Below are positions 61,466 through 64,000 of a stretch of DNA of 64,000 nucleotides, one piece after another. Position 1 is the stretch's first letter; the number at the start of each line of letters is the position of its first letter. The stretch is from an uncultured Bacilli bacterium. GTDB taxonomy: Bacteria; Bacillota_I; Bacilli_A; RF39; UBA660. The notes beneath the pieces are model-generated. The model saw only the letters and a program-made list of their open reading frames with translations, searched no databases and had not been told where the DNA came from. The DNA lies in contig CAKOOJ010000001.1 in the NCBI GenBank assembly GCA_934098385.1, forward strand, positions 210,685-274,684, in the 5' to 3' direction. The translations under genes and the position numbers were made by a program.

Positions 61466-63073
61466 TTACTCTACAGTATAAGCGTTATTCACTGTTCCAT
61501 CTCCTGAAGTTATTTTTGTGGAAGATGTGAGAGAAACTGCGGCACGAAACGAGAAAGCGAAGGAGACGCCGTTGTAGTTTATATCACCACCGTTGATCAC
61601 GCTGAACGAGCCCACGCCAGAAAAGTCGACATCGAAGAAAGAAGGCGAAAGAGCCCACCAATAACTTGATGTAGCATTTTTATTTAAGTAATATGTTGAA
61701 TTACTTGAATCAGTTGCCCCAGCAAATGCCACTTCATCTACAGTTAACATTCCTACTTTATTTGTATCTATTTCTCCATCTCTTTCTTTTTTTCCATCAC
61801 ATTTTAATGTTGGTGTTTTTGTATTCAATATTCTTTTTCTTGCACTATAACTAAATGATGTTCCAGCATTAATTAATTCTTCTGCTGTTTCTGTTTTTAA
61901 TGCGTAAGTTGAAAGATCATATGCTGTTGTTCTATCTCCTATACACCAATCTCCATTTTTCAAAAGTGCTTTATCACTTTCACTTGTTATTTTTCTCTCT
62001 AACCATGAATTTAATTTTGTTCTTGCATTATTTGTTGTATTGGCTGCACTATTTATATAATCATCAACAGAATAACCTCCGACACTTTTATATCCATATG
62101 TTGCAGATAATTCTGTTCCTTGCACTCCAGCAGCGCCATCTGTTGCGTATCCACTTGATGTTGTTACATTTGTATCACTACAAGATAATTCTGATGCTAG
62201 TATAAGTTTTATACTTCCATCACCCTCAATACGTACTATTCTCCAACACATTCCTGCATAGTTTACAAAATTATCAACTACATTTCCTCTATAGTAATAA
62301 CTATCCCCATAATCATCTTGTGTCTTTGAAAGTGTTTTTTCTGTTTCTGTAGATATTGCTTGTCCAGGTGTAGTTGTTGGCGTTTCTTGATATATTGTTC
62401 TTGTTGTATCACTACTTGATGCCGCTATCTTTGCACTATCTATTATGGCAGTGGCTAAAGTATTTATTCCGTATGGTTTAAAATTATTCGGATCTACTAT
62501 ATTCGCTTTTGCACTAAATGTTTTATTCATATCTACACTTTGATCTGTATTTGTTTCTTTATATGTTACTACTAATGTATATACTTGTGCTTTATCATCT
62601 TCTATACTATTTTGTACTAATATTGTTCCTATTGATGGGAATGTTGTTTCTGCACTTACTCCATTACATGTTCCAGATATAGTTCCAGCAACAGTTTTAT
62701 TTGTTTTATCTATACTAAATCCCGTTTTAGAATATTGTTTACATTCTAATGTATATACTAAATCTTCTTTTCTTTCTAATGTATTTACTACATTTTCTAG
62801 TGCTACTCCATATGTAACAGTTTTATTTCCTTTATTAGTTGCTACAAATGTTTTTGTCCATGTTTTTCCTGGTTCTACTGCACTATCTGTTATTAGTTCA
62901 TCATTTACATCTGCATATTCAAGTAAAAGATTTGCTGTTGTAACACTAATAGATTTATTATTTTCATTTCCTTTTATCTTTGTTAAAAAGTATGCATATG
63001 TAAGCCCTACTAATATTAATAATACTAAAAATATACCAGTTACACTTACTATTATTCTTTGTTTTCTAGACAT
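61466..63073 (-). CDS. large secreted protein with a SipW-cognate (TasA/camelysin-class) signal peptide (paralog B); its 3' end has anomalous GC-rich codon usage
   Basis: MSRKQRIIVSVTGIFLVLLILVGLTYAYFLTKIKGNENNKSISVTTANLLLEY. A conserved ETNTDQSVDMNK block is shared with the 27626..29785 protein. The C-terminal half is Thr/Ser/Gly-rich. Confidence 0.65.
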   Translation of the reverse strand: MSRKQRIIVSVTGIFLVLLILVGLTYAYFLTKIKGNENNKSISVTTANLLLEYADVNDELITDSAVEPGKTWTKTFVATNKGNKTVTYGVALENVVNTLERKEDLVYTLECKQYSKTGFSIDKTNKTVAGTISGTCNGVSAETTFPSIGTILVQNSIEDDKAQVYTLVVTYKETNTDQSVDMNKTFSAKANIVDPNNFKPYGINTLATAIIDSAKIAASSSDTTRTIYQETPTTTPGQAISTETEKTLSKTQDDYGDSYYYRGNVVDNFVNYAGMCWRIVRIEGDGSIKLILASELSCSDTNVTTSSGYATDGAAGVQGTELSATYGYKSVGGYSVDDYINSAANTTNNARTKLNSWLERKITSESDKALLKNGDWCIGDRTTAYDLSTYALKTETAEELINAGTSFSYSARKRILNTKTPTLKCDGKKERDGEIDTNKVGMLTVDEVAFAGATDSSNSTYYLNKNATSSYWWALSPSFFDVDFSGVGSFSVINGGDINYNGVSFAFSFRAAVSLTSSTKITSGDGTVNNAYTVE

Positions 63074-63225
63074 TTATATCATCCCTACTTTCATAATCTA
63101 ATAAAATTATATAATAAAAAATAATATATTTCAATCACTTTTAAGACACTTTATTCGTTAACGAATAATTATATGTATACTTTAAATTTAGCAATGCTTT
63201 TTTGTCGCTTTTTCAAATTTTTTTA

Positions 63226-63336
63226 TTGACACATCATTATCCAGATGTTAAAATTAATTTAAGTAGAGCATTTACTTTGTAATGCCTACCCTTGTTGGAT
63301 AAGCACTCGTATTAAATTACGAGTCCTTTTATTTTA
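63226..63336 (+). ncRNA. candidate small RNA: a consensus promoter (TTGACA, 17 nt, TAAAAT at 63226..63254) followed by a ~75-nt transcript ending in an intrinsic terminator (ACTCGTA ttaaat TACGAGT CCTTTTATTTT)
   Basis: The hexamers, spacing and terminator were read directly. The only reading frame is a 6-codon ATG…TAA (MPTLVG) with no SD. No + strand gene lies downstream. Confidence 0.35.
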
Positions 63337-63662
63337 CATTAATATATTTGTTTTTATTACAAATATAATAGTAGGTAAAATATGATATTTAATATCAAAC
63401 CATAATATATTATTTATATTAGGTAGAACAAATAATTAATACGTAGTGCTTAATGGAGTTAACCTATACTCCTTTTTGTAGGAGGAATAAGACTACTTTC
63501 AAAATGTATATTATTACTATACTTTTAAATATTTCTAAAATATAATAAAGCATTTTATTCATATATACACTCCCTCTCATATATTATGATTGGGTAAGCA
63601 CTAAACAAAATAAAGCTCTGGTTATATATACTACAATAACCCATTTAAATATTTTGTCGAAA

Positions 63663-63692
63663 TATAAAACATACATAAAAAAGTTAGCTAAA
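63663..63692 (-). terminator. rho-independent terminator after infB
   Basis: GTTAGTTAAA tag TTTAGCTAAC (9 of 10 bp) followed by TTTTTT on the minus strand. Confidence 0.5.
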
Positions 63693-64000
63693 CTATTTAA
63701 CTAACTCATTTATATAGAATTCAAATATATCATTTTCTTTTATATCACTATATCCATCTATAGTAACACCACATTCAAATCCACTTTTCACTTCTTTGAC
63801 ACTATCTTTTTCCCTTTGTAAACTTCCTACTTTACCATCATATATAATAACACCATCACGTATTACACGAATCATTGCATTAGATTTAATTACACCACTA
63901 GTAACCATTACTCCAGCAATTTTACCAACTTTAGAAAATGTAAATATTTTTCTAACTTCAGCAGTTCCTATAACTTTTTCTACGTATTCTGGATCAAGCA
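63693..64000 (-). CDS. infB: translation initiation factor IF-2, C-terminal portion (the gene continues beyond the window end)
   Basis: In-frame translation beyond the track's ATG reads …LDPEYVEKVIGTAEVRKIFTFSKVGKIAGVMVTSGVIKSNAMIRVIRDGVIIYDGKVGSLQREKDSVKEVKSGFECGVTIDGYSDIKENDIFEF. This matches the IF-2 C2 beta-barrel domain. Confidence 0.85.
   Translation of the reverse strand, partial: LDPEYVEKVIGTAEVRKIFTFSKVGKIAGVMVTSGVIKSNAMIRVIRDGVIIYDGKVGSLQREKDSVKEVKSGFECGVTIDGYSDIKENDIFEFYINELVK

Noticed and set aside
1-64000. CRISPR arrays, integrases, transposases, IS elements
   Set aside because: No regularly spaced direct repeats were seen. No DDE transposase, tyrosine recombinase or serine recombinase-like ORFs are present in any frame I examined.

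Overview
This is a very AT-rich (roughly 25% GC) chromosomal window from a low-GC, spore-forming Firmicute that looks Clostridia-like. Evidence for sporulation capacity is the dacB–spmA–spmB group plus CotS-like and LysM genes. Almost all genes are on the minus strand. Core content, by window coordinate from high to low: the 3' end of infB; a complete S10–spc–alpha ribosomal protein cluster (rpsJ through rplQ, including secY, adk, map, infA, rpmJ and rpoA); an orphan pilC–pilD pair; dacB, a Nudix gene, spmA and spmB; rluB and rlmD; rnr; murC; priA; rnhC, cvpA and trxA; lexA; ugtP-like; miaB; scpA and scpB; maf; metG; and a partial uvsE. tRNA-Arg(TCT) and tRNA-Leu(CAA) are also present. Accessory features worth attention are: (1) a small defence islet between rnr and rlmD with an intact Abi_2 (AbiD/AbiF-type) gene, two decayed ORF6N-type gene remnants, and a duplicated structured leader of about 42 nt whose stem differs by compensatory changes; (2) two paralogous large secreted proteins carrying SipW-cognate (TasA/camelysin-class) signal peptides, one of which has an anomalous GC-rich, foreign-codon 3' patch; (3) an orphan promoter-to-terminator unit with no ORF, a candidate sRNA; (4) an MTA/SAH-nucleosidase–GNAT fusion gene; (5) a hybrid sensor kinase with degenerate catalytic residues next to a two-domain acyl-CoA ligase. 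No CRISPR array, integrase or transposase was seen. I worked without tools, so coordinates for features not in the ORF track are approximate (within a few nt).
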